Shown piece after piece: positions 28,108 to 38,426 of a DNA stretch of 49,216 bases. The DNA lies in assembly GCA_964433105.1 (NCBI GenBank), contig CAYSQF010000002.1, forward strand, positions 1 to 49,216, written 5' to 3'. Below the pieces are notes generated by a model. It saw nothing but the letters and a program-made list of their open reading frames with translations. It was not told the DNA's origin and ran no database searches. This stretch comes from an uncultured Acutalibacter sp. GTDB taxonomy: Bacteria > Bacillota > Clostridia > Oscillospirales > Acutalibacteraceae. Each line of letters begins with the position of its first letter. The stretch's first letter is position 1. A program made the translations under genes and the position numbers.

Positions 28108-31100
28108 TTAAGAACTAAATTCCGCCGCTTCCTCCGTTTTCAAGGCCAGAAGTTTGGAAATGCCTTCGTCCTGCATGGTCACGCCGTAGAGCATATCCGA
28201 ACCTTCCATGGTGCCCCGGCGGTGGGTGATGGAAATAAACTGGGAATTTCCGCTCATGCGCCGGAGATACTGGGCGTACCGGGCTACATTTACATCGTCT
28301 AGGGCGGCCTCGATCTCATCCAGCACGCAGAACGGCGGAGGGTTCACCCGCATGATGGCAAAATAAATGGAAATGGCCACCAAAGCCTTTTCGCCGCCGG
28401 AAAGGGACTCGATATGGGTGACGATCTTCCCCGGTGGATGGACTTTGATCTCAATACCGGACTTAAGCACATCTCCTTCGTCGGTAAAGGAAAGCTCCGC
28501 CGCGCCGCCGCCAAATAACTCCCGGAAGATGCTGCCGAAATTCTGGTTAATCTCCTCAAACCGCAGGGTAAATTGCTCCCGCATATGCTTGGTCAGATCC
28601 TCAATCAGGGAAAACAGCTCCGCTTTGGATTTTTCCGCGTCGCCGATCTGTTCCTTTAAAAAATGATACCTCTTTGAAACCTCTTTGTATTCCACCACGG
28701 CGCCCACATTTACGGCGCCAAGGGCCTTGATGCTTCCTTTCAGCTCCGTCAGTCTGCGCTGGGCGGCGGCAAGGTCCTCGATCTTCGCCCCCACCTCTTC
28801 GGCTTCCCGCCGGGTCAATTCATATTCCTCCCAAAGCCGGGTAAGGATAGTGTCATATTCCTTTTGCAGGCTGTCCGAACGCTCCTGGAGCCGGGCCAGC
28901 TCATGGCCGGTATTTTCCCGCTCTAAGCTGATCTCCCGCTCTTTGGTCCGCAGCTCGGCGGCTTCCTGTTCCAAAGCGGAGCGCTTTTCGCCCAAAACTT
29001 TCACGCTTTTCCGCTTTTCTTCCGCCTGAGCGCGAAGGGCTTCTCCCCTTGTCCGGCAGTCATCCACTTTGGCTTCCAGTTCTGCTTTTCTCTGTTCCAA
29101 AATCGCGATCTGTTGCCAGAGCCGTTCTGTTTCACCGACGGCGTCCCGCTTTCTCGCCTGTAAAAGCTCCAAAGCAGCGGCCAATGCATCCCTGTCCTTC
29201 TGGGCGGAAAACTCGCTGAGCCGGATCTCTTGAATGGTTTGGGAGATGGCATCGCACCGGGCCATCTGCTCTTCCCGGCTTCCCATTAGTTTGTCATTTT
29301 CCGCCTGGGAAAGCTCGATCAGCTGTTCCAGCTCTTCCATCTTTTCCCGGGCTTCCCGCACTTTCCCTTCCAACTCCGCAAGACGCGCGCCGGAATCCGC
29401 CTGCTCCTGCCGGAGATTTTCCAGCTCCTGACGGATCGTTTCCAGTTCTCGGCTGACCCGGGCTCGTTCGGATACGATCCGGATCCTTTCCTCCTGCTGG
29501 GACGCCAGTTCGCCCTTGGCGGCGTCCAGCTCCGCTTCCCCGACGGAAAGCTCTGCCTGACGCTCCTTCCACGCAACCTGGGCTTCCTCTGCCTTTTTCT
29601 GCAAAGCGGCGGCCTTTTCCCTGATTCGCTGAATCTCCGAAGCACGGCTGAGCAGTCCCGAGTTCTTAGCTCGGGAACCGCCTGTCAGAGAACCTCCAGC
29701 GTTGACCACCTGGCCATCCAAGCTGACTACCCGGAACCGGTACTTGGTTTGCCGCGCAATGGCCACGGCGCTGTCCAAATCCTCCGCCACGGCCACCCGG
29801 CCCAACAGGGAATTCCGCACGCCCGCGTACTTTTCCTCACAGGAACAAAGCTCCGACGCCACACCCACAAATCCCGGAAGGTCTTGAAGCTCCCGTTTGT
29901 CCAAGGTAGTTCCTCGGATCGTGGTAAGAGGCAGGAAGGTGGCACGGCCCAAATCCCGCTGCTTCAACAGGTTGATGGCACTTTTAGCGTCCTGCTCCGT
30001 TTCCACCACCACATTCTGCATGGCGCCGCCCAACGCCGTTTCCAGCGCCACGGCATATTTTTCCGGCGTTTTCAGCAGCCGGGATACAGGTCCGCAGATG
30101 CCGGAAAGCATTCCTCTCCCGGCTTCCTTCATAACGGCCTTCACGCTTTGGACAAATCCTTCCAGGTTTCGCTCCAAGTCCTCCAAGAGCCTGGCACGCC
30201 GCAGCTGTTCGTTTGCGTCCAGAGACAGCCGGTCAAGCTCGTCTTTTGCGGCCTGCGCCTTTTTCCGGCGGGTTTCCAGCCGAAGCTCATAACCCTTCAC
30301 CGCGTTTTCCCCGGCGGAAATCCCTTGCTCTGTATCCGCCAGCATCTGATCCAGCTCTTCAGCTTCCGCGTTGGCAGATTTCTCCCGATCTTCCGCCAGC
30401 CGGGCGCTTTCTTCCACCGCCCCGGCCCGCAGGCGAATCTCCGCCATAGAGGACTGGGCTGCGGACAACCGTATCCGTTCCTCCGACAGAGAAGCGCTGC
30501 GCTGTGCCTGCTCCACAGCAGCCTGCTCCATCTGTCGTGTGGCTTCGTCGGTGTCCTGGCGAAGCTCTTCCAGTTTTGCTGTAAAGGAAAGTAGCTTTTC
30601 ACGGCTTTCCTCAATCTGCCCCTCTTTTTCCTGAATTTCCCGCTCTTTCTGCGCAATTTCCAAGTCGGCGGCTTCATCAGACTGCTTTGCGATGTTGATC
30701 TGCTCTTCCAGCCGTTCCCGATCCCGCCGGTCGTGCTCAGCATCGTTTCTCAATAGTCCAATTTCGCCCTCGGTACGTACTGCCTGCTCATCCAACGCAG
30801 CGGCATCCGCTCGCGTCTGCTCCATCTGGCCGGTGCATTCGTTGGTTTCCCGGAAATTTTCTTCTACTCGCACGGTCAGCTTGTTCAACTCGTCCCCTAT
30901 TTCCTCATAGCGGGACTGTGCCAGTCCGATCTTTTCCTCGTGTTCCCGCAGGACTTGGCCGGAACGGTCCAACGTTTCCAGCCAAATACCGATCTCCAAT
31001 CCCTTTCTTTCCTCGTCGTAGGCAATAAATTTTTCCGCTTTTTCCGCCTGGACCCGCAAAGGCTCCACCCGGCCTTCCAGCTCGGACAAAATGTCCCGCA

Positions 31101-31671
31101 GGCGCACTAGGTTATCCTCCGCTTTTTGCAGGCGGCGCTCCGATTCCTCTTTACGATAACGGTAGCGGGAGATTCCGGCGGCTTCCTCAAAAATTTCCCG
31201 CCGGTCCTCAGACCGGGCCGCCACAATGCTGTCGATCTTCCCCTGGCCGATAATGGAATAGCCGTCCCGGCCCAGGCCGGTATCCATAAAAAGCTCATTG
31301 ATGTCCTTCAGGCGCACAGAAGCTTTGTTGAGCAGATACTCGCTTTCCCCGGACCGGTAATACCGCCGGGTGACCGCCACGGTGTCACTGTCAAAGGGGA
31401 GCCGCCGGTCGGTGTTGTCGATGGTCAGTGTAACCTCGGCATAGCCCATCGCCTTGCGCTGCGGAGTGCCGCTGAAGATCACGTCTTCCATTTTGGAACA
31501 CCGCAGGGATCGCACCGACTGCTCTCCCAACACCCACCGAATGGCATCGCTGATATTGCTTTTTCCACTGCCGTTGGGACCCACCACCGAAGTGACTCCC
31601 CGCTCAAAGGAAAGGGTGGTCTTATCGGGAAAGGTTTTAAACCCCTGCAGTTCCAAAGATTTCAGTATCAT
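28108..31671 (-). CDS. smc: Chromosome segregation protein SMC
   Basis: Walker A GPNGSGKSN, coiled coils, hinge GRATFLPL / GGSLTGG, signature LSGGEK and Walker B LDEIE. Confidence 0.97.
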   Translation of the reverse strand: MILKSLELQGFKTFPDKTTLSFERGVTSVVGPNGSGKSNISDAIRWVLGEQSVRSLRCSKMEDVIFSGTPQRKAMGYAEVTLTIDNTDRRLPFDSDTVAVTRRYYRSGESEYLLNKASVRLKDINELFMDTGLGRDGYSIIGQGKIDSIVAARSEDRREIFEEAAGISRYRYRKEESERRLQKAEDNLVRLRDILSELEGRVEPLRVQAEKAEKFIAYDEERKGLEIGIWLETLDRSGQVLREHEEKIGLAQSRYEEIGDELNKLTVRVEENFRETNECTGQMEQTRADAAALDEQAVRTEGEIGLLRNDAEHDRRDRERLEEQINIAKQSDEAADLEIAQKEREIQEKEGQIEESREKLLSFTAKLEELRQDTDEATRQMEQAAVEQAQRSASLSEERIRLSAAQSSMAEIRLRAGAVEESARLAEDREKSANAEAEELDQMLADTEQGISAGENAVKGYELRLETRRKKAQAAKDELDRLSLDANEQLRRARLLEDLERNLEGFVQSVKAVMKEAGRGMLSGICGPVSRLLKTPEKYAVALETALGGAMQNVVVETEQDAKSAINLLKQRDLGRATFLPLTTIRGTTLDKRELQDLPGFVGVASELCSCEEKYAGVRNSLLGRVAVAEDLDSAVAIARQTKYRFRVVSLDGQVVNAGGSLTGGSRAKNSGLLSRASEIQRIREKAAALQKKAEEAQVAWKERQAELSVGEAELDAAKGELASQQEERIRIVSERARVSRELETIRQELENLRQEQADSGARLAELEGKVREAREKMEELEQLIELSQAENDKLMGSREEQMARCDAISQTIQEIRLSEFSAQKDRDALAAALELLQARKRDAVGETERLWQQIAILEQRKAELEAKVDDCRTRGEALRAQAEEKRKSVKVLGEKRSALEQEAAELRTKEREISLERENTGHELARLQERSDSLQKEYDTILTRLWEEYELTRREAEEVGAKIEDLAAAQRRLTELKGSIKALGAVNVGAVVEYKEVSKRYHFLKEQIGDAEKSKAELFSLIEDLTKHMREQFTLRFEEINQNFGSIFRELFGGGAAELSFTDEGDVLKSGIEIKVHPPGKIVTHIESLSGGEKALVAISIYFAIMRVNPPPFCVLDEIEAALDDVNVARYAQYLRRMSGNSQFISITHRRGTMEGSDMLYGVTMQDEGISKLLALKTEEAAEFSS

Positions 31672-31713
31672 AGCTTTCTCCCATTACGTTTTTCCCATCG
31701 CCTGTTCCGGTTC

Positions 31714-32394
31714 CTAATAACCCATCAGTTCCAGCGCTTCCCGGGCGGCCTGCTGTTCCGCGTCCTTTTTGCTGCGGCCACCGCCCCTGCCAATCACGTT
31801 GCTGTTTAAATGGACTTCCACTGTAAAGTGTTTGTTATGGTCCGGACCGCTTTCTCCGGTGATCACATATTCCAGCCGCTCCTCTGGGTTTTGCTGGATG
31901 ATCTCCTGCAAAGTGGTTTTATAATCTTTAAAAGGCTTCACCGTTTGAGCCTTTGCCGCTGGGGCAATAAACCGGAGGATAAATTTCTTTGCTTCCTCCA
32001 AGCTGCCGCTGTCCCGGTAAATGGCGGCGATGGTAGATTCAAACACATCCGCCAAAATACTGGGGCGCTCCTGTCCTCCGGAATTCAATTCCCCGTGGCT
32101 CAACCGCAGGAAGCTCCCCACCTGCAGGGCCTTTGAAAACCCGCAGAGGGAACGCTCGCAGACTAAAGCCGCCCGATTTTTAGTCAACTGGCCCTCGGGC
32201 AGCTCCGGAAAATGGGAAAAAAGATATTCCGCCGTCACAAATCCCAGTACCGAATCCCCCAAGAATTCCAATCGTTCATAGCTTTTACAATTGTTTTCGT
32301 TGGCGTAGGAGGAATGGGTCAGCGCCCGCTCCAGCAGCTTTTTGTCGCGGAACTTATATCCGATCAACTTTTCATATTCTTCCAGACTTCTCAA
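31714..32394 (-). CDS. rnc: Ribonuclease III
   Basis: ALTHSSY, ERLEFLGDSVL, ADVFES and dsRBD (DYKTTLQE...SKKDAEQQAA); TTG 32394. Confidence 0.96.
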   Translation of the reverse strand: MRSLEEYEKLIGYKFRDKKLLERALTHSSYANENNCKSYERLEFLGDSVLGFVTAEYLFSHFPELPEGQLTKNRAALVCERSLCGFSKALQVGSFLRLSHGELNSGGQERPSILADVFESTIAAIYRDSGSLEEAKKFILRFIAPAAKAQTVKPFKDYKTTLQEIIQQNPEERLEYVITGESGPDHNKHFTVEVHLNSNVIGRGGGRSKKDAEQQAAREALELMGY

Positions 32395-32438
32395 TGCGCA
32401 AGCTTCCTTTCTATCAGCGGTTCCCACAAACCGGCCCG

Positions 32439-33431
32439 TCATTTCAAAACCCTGGCGATCTCCCCCACAAAGCCCGAAGCAGTGTAATCCCTAGTGAGAC
32501 GCAAAGCATTTTTCACGGTTGAGGCCTTTGCGCTGCCGTGGATCTTAAACACGGGCTTGGATGCGCCCATGATCGGCGCACCGCCGTATTCATTGTAATC
32601 CATTTGTTTTTTCAAGCCTTTTAGATCCCCGTACACCAGTGAAGCAGCCAGTTTGTTTTTCACATTTTTCGCAAACACACCTTTCACCATGCCTAATACC
32701 GACATAGCCACGCCCTCGTAAAGCTTGAGCATCATGTTGCCGGTAAAGCCATCAGCCACCACAACGTCGCAGGCGTCATAGGGGATATCCCGCGCTTCCA
32801 CGTTCCCTACAAAATTCAGCTGCTCACAGCCGGCCAGCAGGGCGTAAGCTGCTTTCCGCAGGTCGTCCCCCTTGTGGGGCTCCACCCCCACATTGGCAAG
32901 GCCCACTCTGGGTTTGAAAACGCCCATCACCTTTTTCATATATTCAGATCCCATCAGGCCAAACTGCAGGAGCATTTCCGGTCGGCAGTCCACGTTGGCT
33001 CCGGCGTCGCTCAGCATGAAAAACCCAGGCTGCTTCGGCAAAATTGGTGCAAAGGATACTCGCTTTACACCCCGAATTCGCTTCACGATCATGGTGGCGC
33101 CCACCACCAGCGCGCCGCTGTTTCCAGCGCTTGCAAAGGCGTCTCCGGCACCGTCGGCCAGTGCCCGCAGACCCACAGCCATAGAACTGTCGGTTTTGCC
33201 CCGAATCACACTGGTGGGATCGTCCTCCATGGTCAGCACATCCCCGCATTCAAGGATTTCTATTCTGGAAAGCTGATCGGAAATGCCCAGCTCTTTCCCG
33301 GCAGCTTCCAGCCTGGCCCGGTCCCCGCTCAGGGCGATCTCGATCCCCAGCTCGTCCATTGCCTGGACACATCCCAGCAGTATTTCCTTTGGCGCGTTGT
33401 CCCCGCCAAAAGCGTCCACGATGATTTTCAA
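32439..33431 (-). CDS. plsX: Phosphate acyltransferase PlsX
   Basis: IVDAFGGDNAP, SAGNSGA, DAGAN, GNVE, DGFTGN and KIHGS. Confidence 0.95.
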   Translation of the reverse strand: MKIIVDAFGGDNAPKEILLGCVQAMDELGIEIALSGDRARLEAAGKELGISDQLSRIEILECGDVLTMEDDPTSVIRGKTDSSMAVGLRALADGAGDAFASAGNSGALVVGATMIVKRIRGVKRVSFAPILPKQPGFFMLSDAGANVDCRPEMLLQFGLMGSEYMKKVMGVFKPRVGLANVGVEPHKGDDLRKAAYALLAGCEQLNFVGNVEARDIPYDACDVVVADGFTGNMMLKLYEGVAMSVLGMVKGVFAKNVKNKLAASLVYGDLKGLKKQMDYNEYGGAPIMGASKPVFKIHGSAKASTVKNALRLTRDYTASGFVGEIARVLK

Positions 33432-33444
33432 TTCGCGTCACCCC

Positions 33445-34773
33445 TTAATAATCCGTCTGCCCAGAATCCCTTAGCGCGGCATCCAAATCCGTCAGCGCTC
33501 TTTGGGACAGGGTCATGTATCGCTCCCGCTTATCCCGAATCTTCTCCGGCAGGGAAGGCAAAATGCCGAAATTGGCTCCCATCGGTTGGAAATCCTTCCC
33601 AGCATACCCGGAAATATACCGGCTAAGCGCCCCCATCATAGTGGTTTCGGGCAAAACCAGCGGCGCTTCCCGCCGTATCCGCCGCACCGCATTGATCCCC
33701 GCCAGGATGCCCGAGGAAGCTGATTCCATATACCCCTCCACCCCGGTGATCTGCCCGGCAAAAAACAGATCCCGGCGTTTCCTAAAGGAATAATCTGCGT
33801 CTAACAGCCTGGGGGAATTCAAAAAGGTGTTGCGGTGCATTACGCCGTACCGGACAAATTCTGCATTGGCCAGGCCGGGAATCATGCCAAACACCCGCTT
33901 TTGCTCCCCAAACTTCAAGTTGGTCTGAAAGCCCACCAGGTTATACAAGGTATTTTCCCGGTTTTCCGTCCTCAGCTGCAAAACAGCCCAGGGGCGGTGC
34001 CCCGTTTTCGGATCCCGCAGACCTACGGGTTTCATGGGGCCGTAGCGTATGGCGTCGTGCCCCCGGGAAGCCAGAACTTCTATGGGCATACAGCCTTCAT
34101 ATACTTTGGGATCATTGACGTCAAAGCTGTGAACCGGCGCCCGCTCCGCCCGAACAAGCTCCTGGACAAAGCGGTCGTATTCCTCTTTGTCCATGGGACA
34201 GTTGATATAATCGCTGTCGCCCCTTTCATACCGGGATGCCAAAAAGCAGCGATCCATATCCAGGCTTTCCCTGGTGACGATGGGTGCAGCGGCATCAAAA
34301 AAACTGAGGGCCGTTTCGTCCCCGCACAGGATCCGAATCTTTGCGGACAAAGCCTCCGAGGTAAGCGGCCCGGTGGCAATCACTGCCGGGCCTTCCGGAA
34401 TTTCTGTCACTTCTTCCCGACGTATCTCAATCAAGGGGTGGCTCTCTATCTCTGCGGTGGCCAGCCGGGAAAATTCCTCCCGGTCAACTGCCAGCGCTCC
34501 CCCGGCGGGAACCCGGCTTTTCTCCGCGCAGACCGTGAGTAGAGAGCCCAGCCGCCGCATTTCTTCCTTCAACAGTCCGGCTGCGCTGTCCAAGCGGGCC
34601 GCTTTTAAGGAATTGGAACAAATCAATTCGGCAAAGTCCGCGCTTTTGTGGGCGGGGGAAAACCGCTGGGGCTTCATTTCATATAAAACTGCGGGCACGC
34701 CCTGAGCAGCGATCTGCCAGGCCGCTTCACATCCAGCCAGCCCCGCGCCCAGCACAGCAATGGGTTCTGCCAT
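33445..34773 (-). CDS. trmFO: tRNA (uracil-5-)-methyltransferase, folate/FAD-dependent
   Basis: GAGLAGCEAAWQ, ELICSNS, PAGGALAVDR, EGCMPIE, VGFQTNL, RYGVMHRN and AGQITGVEGY; ATG 34773. Confidence 0.96.
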   Translation of the reverse strand: MAEPIAVLGAGLAGCEAAWQIAAQGVPAVLYEMKPQRFSPAHKSADFAELICSNSLKAARLDSAAGLLKEEMRRLGSLLTVCAEKSRVPAGGALAVDREEFSRLATAEIESHPLIEIRREEVTEIPEGPAVIATGPLTSEALSAKIRILCGDETALSFFDAAAPIVTRESLDMDRCFLASRYERGDSDYINCPMDKEEYDRFVQELVRAERAPVHSFDVNDPKVYEGCMPIEVLASRGHDAIRYGPMKPVGLRDPKTGHRPWAVLQLRTENRENTLYNLVGFQTNLKFGEQKRVFGMIPGLANAEFVRYGVMHRNTFLNSPRLLDADYSFRKRRDLFFAGQITGVEGYMESASSGILAGINAVRRIRREAPLVLPETTMMGALSRYISGYAGKDFQPMGANFGILPSLPEKIRDKRERYMTLSQRALTDLDAALRDSGQTDY

Positions 34774-34802
34774 CCTTTCCCTCTCCTTTTGAAAAATCCG
34801 CG

Positions 34803-34982
34803 TTACTTTACAGGGGTGACCACCGGCTTTCCGGACGGATCCAGCAGAGGGGTAAGCCCGCCGGAATAACCAGCCACACGGTAGAGGTAATTTACCCCGG
34901 TGGCTCGGTCTATCCATATCTCCATAGCGGTGTTTATCGTTCCCTGCTTATATACCCGCACAAAACGGTCCCCTTGCTCCAT
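34803..34982 (-). CDS. Small DUF6440-like protein (59 aa, absent from the ORF track)
   Basis: MEQGDRFVRVYKQGTINTAMEIWIDRATGVNYLYRVAGYSGGLTPLLDPSGKPVVTPVK; AAGGGGAG RBS; fills the topA-trmFO gap; D..TGVNYL...GG.TPLLD..GKP resembles DUF6440 as recalled. Confidence 0.8.
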   Translation of the reverse strand: MEQGDRFVRVYKQGTINTAMEIWIDRATGVNYLYRVAGYSGGLTPLLDPSGKPVVTPVK

Positions 34983-35002
34983 AGTAAATACTCCCCTTTG
35001 GG

Positions 35003-37096
35003 CTATTCTTCAGCGTTGTTAGGCTTCTTCCCCGGAAAATCGCACCCGGGCGTCACACAGTAAAGCAGCTTGTCTTTTGTCTTTTTCTGCATCAGCGTTT
35101 TTCCGCAGACAGGACAGATCTCCTTTGACGGCGGATCCCAGGATACGAAGTCGCACTTGGGATACTCGCTGCACCCATAAAAAATCCGGCCCTTCTTCGA
35201 TTTGCGCTGGATGATCTTCCCGCCACATTTTGGGCAGATTGCGCCGGTGTCGTTGACGATCTTCTTTACGTTTTTGCATTCCGGGTAGCCGGGGCAGGCC
35301 AGAAACTTCCCATAGCGCCCCACCTTGACAACCATTCGGCGCCCGCACTTTTCGCAGATTACATCGGTCTCGTCCTCTTTAAGGGTAATCTTCACGCCGT
35401 CCATTTCCTTTTTGGCTTTCTGCACACTCTTATCGAACCCATCGTAAAAGCGATGCAGGGTTTTCACCCAATCGTCCTCGCCCCGTTGGATGGCATCCAA
35501 TTCGCTTTCCACCTTCGCGGTAAACTTCACGTTGACAATATCCGGGAAGCGTTCTTTCATCAGCTTGGTGATAACCTCTCCCAGCTCGGTGGGCTTAAAC
35601 GCCTTGCCTTCCCGGGTTACATACTCCCGGCTGGTGATGGTGGAAATAGTGGCTGCGTAGGTGGAAGGCCGGCCAATGCCGTTTTCCTCCAGGGTTTTGA
35701 TCAAGGAAGCCTCCGTGTACCGGGGTGGCGGCTGCGTAAAGTGCTGGTTACCCTTTAAGTCTTTTACCTTCAGCTTCATGCCCACTTCCAGCGGGGGGAG
35801 ATCCTTGCTAGCCTTTTCCTCCTCGTCGGCGCTCTCCTCATACAGGGCAGTAAATCCCTCAAAGGCCACATTGAAGCCGGAAGCCTTGAACAAATACTTT
35901 CCTGCAGAGATGGTGGCCTGGGTGGTGTTCAGCACACAATTTGCCATTTGACAAGCGATAAACCGTTCCCAAATCAGCTTATATAGCTTGTACTGGTCAC
36001 TGGTTAGAGTATCCTTCACCATTTCAGGAGTGATGAAAATGGAAGCGGGACGGATGGCCTCATGGCCGTCCTGGGCGTTTGCACGAGATTTAAAATGTCG
36101 GGGCTTCGCGGGCAAATACTTTGCCCCCCAGCGCTCCCCAATATAATCCGCGGCCTCCTTGATGGCGTCCTCGGAGATCCGCAGGGAGTCCGTCCTCATA
36201 TAGGTGATTAAGCCTACAGAGCCTTGCCCCTTCACTTCCACACCCTCATACAGCTCCTGGGCGGCCTTCATGGTGCGCCGAGCCTGGAAGCCTAGCTTTC
36301 GGGAAGCTTCCTGCTGCAGGGTAGAGGTGATAAACGGCGGAGCAGGCGCGCGGTTCTTTTTTCCCTTTTTCACCGCGCTGACCAGGAACTCTTCTTCTTC
36401 CAGCTGAGCAAAAAGCTGGTCGGATTCCTCCTTGGAGGAAATTTTAATCTCGCCGTTCTCGTCACCGTAAAATGCCGCCGCGAACACTGCTTTGGACGGC
36501 GGTGCAGTAAGCCGGGCATCGATGCTCCAATATTCCTGGGGCACAAACGCTCGTATTTCCTCTTCCCTGTCCACCACCATCCGCACCGCCACAGACTGCA
36601 CCCGTCCGGCAGACAATCCACGCCGAATCGTCTTCGCCAGGAAGGGGCTTAAGGTGTAACCCACCAACCGGTCCAGGATGCGGCGGGCCTGCTGGGCGTT
36701 GACCAAGTCCAGGTCTATGGTTCTGGGATGGGCCATGCCTTCCTCAATGCCGGTGCGGGTGATCTCGTTAAAGGTTACCCGGTCTTGGGCGTTCTCATCC
36801 AGGCCAAGGATGTATGCCAGGTGCCAGGAAATGGCTTCCCCTTCCCTATCCGGGTCAGTGGCCAGCAGGACCCCGTCGGACTCAGCCGCCGCGGCCTTCA
36901 ATTCCTTAACCAGCTTCTCTTTGCCCTTCATAATGCTGTATTTGGGCTTGAAATCGTTCTTTACGTCCACACTGAGCCTGGCTTCGGGCAGGTCACGCAC
37001 ATGGCCCATAGAGGCGATTACTTCATAGCCGCTTCCCAGGTATTTCTGAATAGTCTTGGCTTTGGAAGGTGACTCTACGATCACTAATTTCGACAT
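35003..37096 (-). CDS. topA: DNA topoisomerase I
   Basis: IVESPSKAKTI, ATDPDREGEAI, SAGRVQS, ITYMRTDS (catalytic Tyr) and C-terminal Zn ribbons; ATG 37096. Confidence 0.97.
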   Translation of the reverse strand: MSKLVIVESPSKAKTIQKYLGSGYEVIASMGHVRDLPEARLSVDVKNDFKPKYSIMKGKEKLVKELKAAAAESDGVLLATDPDREGEAISWHLAYILGLDENAQDRVTFNEITRTGIEEGMAHPRTIDLDLVNAQQARRILDRLVGYTLSPFLAKTIRRGLSAGRVQSVAVRMVVDREEEIRAFVPQEYWSIDARLTAPPSKAVFAAAFYGDENGEIKISSKEESDQLFAQLEEEEFLVSAVKKGKKNRAPAPPFITSTLQQEASRKLGFQARRTMKAAQELYEGVEVKGQGSVGLITYMRTDSLRISEDAIKEAADYIGERWGAKYLPAKPRHFKSRANAQDGHEAIRPASIFITPEMVKDTLTSDQYKLYKLIWERFIACQMANCVLNTTQATISAGKYLFKASGFNVAFEGFTALYEESADEEEKASKDLPPLEVGMKLKVKDLKGNQHFTQPPPRYTEASLIKTLEENGIGRPSTYAATISTITSREYVTREGKAFKPTELGEVITKLMKERFPDIVNVKFTAKVESELDAIQRGEDDWVKTLHRFYDGFDKSVQKAKKEMDGVKITLKEDETDVICEKCGRRMVVKVGRYGKFLACPGYPECKNVKKIVNDTGAICPKCGGKIIQRKSKKGRIFYGCSEYPKCDFVSWDPPSKEICPVCGKTLMQKKTKDKLLYCVTPGCDFPGKKPNNAEE

Positions 37097-37211
37097 TCTT
37101 CGGTACTTCCTTTCTGACCCGGTAGGATACACGCCGCGCTTCCGCCGGGAAAGCTTAGAACATTTTACAATATCTGCCTGAAAAAATAATTCCCAATAAG
37201 AACTAAATTTT

Positions 37212-38426
37212 TCAGAACCTCTTACGATAGCGCTTTCCGGGCAGGGATTCCGCAAATCCCTCCACCTCCAGCTCTGTCAGCACGCCCAAGAGCAAGGCGG
37301 CGTTCAAGCCGGCGGCCGCTTCCAGCTCAGCCACGGATTTTGGTTCCCGGCTCAAGGCCTGCAAAACCTGCCGGGCTTGGGGAGAAAGATCCCCGCCCAG
37401 ATCCCCGAAATGCGCCTGCTCCGGCTTTGGTTTACCTTTTGGCGCTTTTTCCGCCACCGGCATCCGCTCCGCCGGAACCCTGGACCTGCGGATCAGGGGA
37501 GCGATCAGGTCAGCATACCGTCGCTCGGGCTTTTCCGGAGGCAAATCCCCGTACTCCGCCAACACATCCTCCCCGCAAGTGACTTCTCTGGCACCGTCGG
37601 CAATCAGTCCCCGGCTTCCGGCAAACAACGGGGAATCCGGCGGACCGGGATACACGAATACGTCCCGGTTTTGTTCCAGCGCGCGGGAAGCGTAGATCAT
37701 AGTGCCGCTCCTTTCCGCAGCCTGCAGCAGGACTACGCCCCGGCTCAATCCAGTGATCAGCCGGTTGCGTATCTGGAACGTTCCCCGTTCCGGATTGGGC
37801 AGGGAAAAGTATTCTGTCACCAGCGCCCCGCCGCGCTCTAAAATCTCCCGGCGGAGCCTGGCGTTGCTGGTCAGGTAAGAACTGTCTAACGATACGGGCA
37901 ATACACTGATCAGCTTGGCCCCCGGAAAGCTCATAGCGCCCCGCAGGGCCGCAGAATCCACACCTTCCGCGCCGCCCGACACCACACACGCGCCGCCGAC
38001 CGCCAGCTGATAGCCAAACCGCCGGGCCAGTTCACCGATTTCAGCCCCCGCTTTTCGGGATCCTACCACCGCCACGGAAAGGAGGTAATCTACATCCGGC
38101 AGTTCGCCCTTATAATACAGTACCGCAGGAGGGTCAGGAATATTCGCCAACAGTTTGGGATAATTTTCGCACCCCGGTGTGATTACGCTCCAGCGAACCC
38201 TCTCGGCGTATTCCAGCCGCGCCTCCGCCTGGGATAAAGAAAAATCGCAGAGGGCGGAAGTTTCTTTGTCCGTCAGATCCCGACGGCCGTTCCACAGCCT
38301 GGCTCCGCCTTCGTAAAATTCCCGAACGCCGCCAGCGTAAAAGGAATTCAGCCGGAAAGGCTTCCGGCTTCCCGGCGGAAAAGCCTGCTGGAGCCATATC
38401 CAGTACGCCCGCTCATCTACAGCCAT
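37212..38426 (-). CDS. dprA: DNA-processing protein DprA
   Basis: DPPAVLYYKG, AVVGSR, VSGGAEGVD, RNRLITGLS, SGTM and C-terminal winged helix; dprA-topA-trmFO synteny. Confidence 0.92.
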   Translation of the reverse strand: MAVDERAYWIWLQQAFPPGSRKPFRLNSFYAGGVREFYEGGARLWNGRRDLTDKETSALCDFSLSQAEARLEYAERVRWSVITPGCENYPKLLANIPDPPAVLYYKGELPDVDYLLSVAVVGSRKAGAEIGELARRFGYQLAVGGACVVSGGAEGVDSAALRGAMSFPGAKLISVLPVSLDSSYLTSNARLRREILERGGALVTEYFSLPNPERGTFQIRNRLITGLSRGVVLLQAAERSGTMIYASRALEQNRDVFVYPGPPDSPLFAGSRGLIADGAREVTCGEDVLAEYGDLPPEKPERRYADLIAPLIRRSRVPAERMPVAEKAPKGKPKPEQAHFGDLGGDLSPQARQVLQALSREPKSVAELEAAAGLNAALLLGVLTELEVEGFAESLPGKRYRKRF

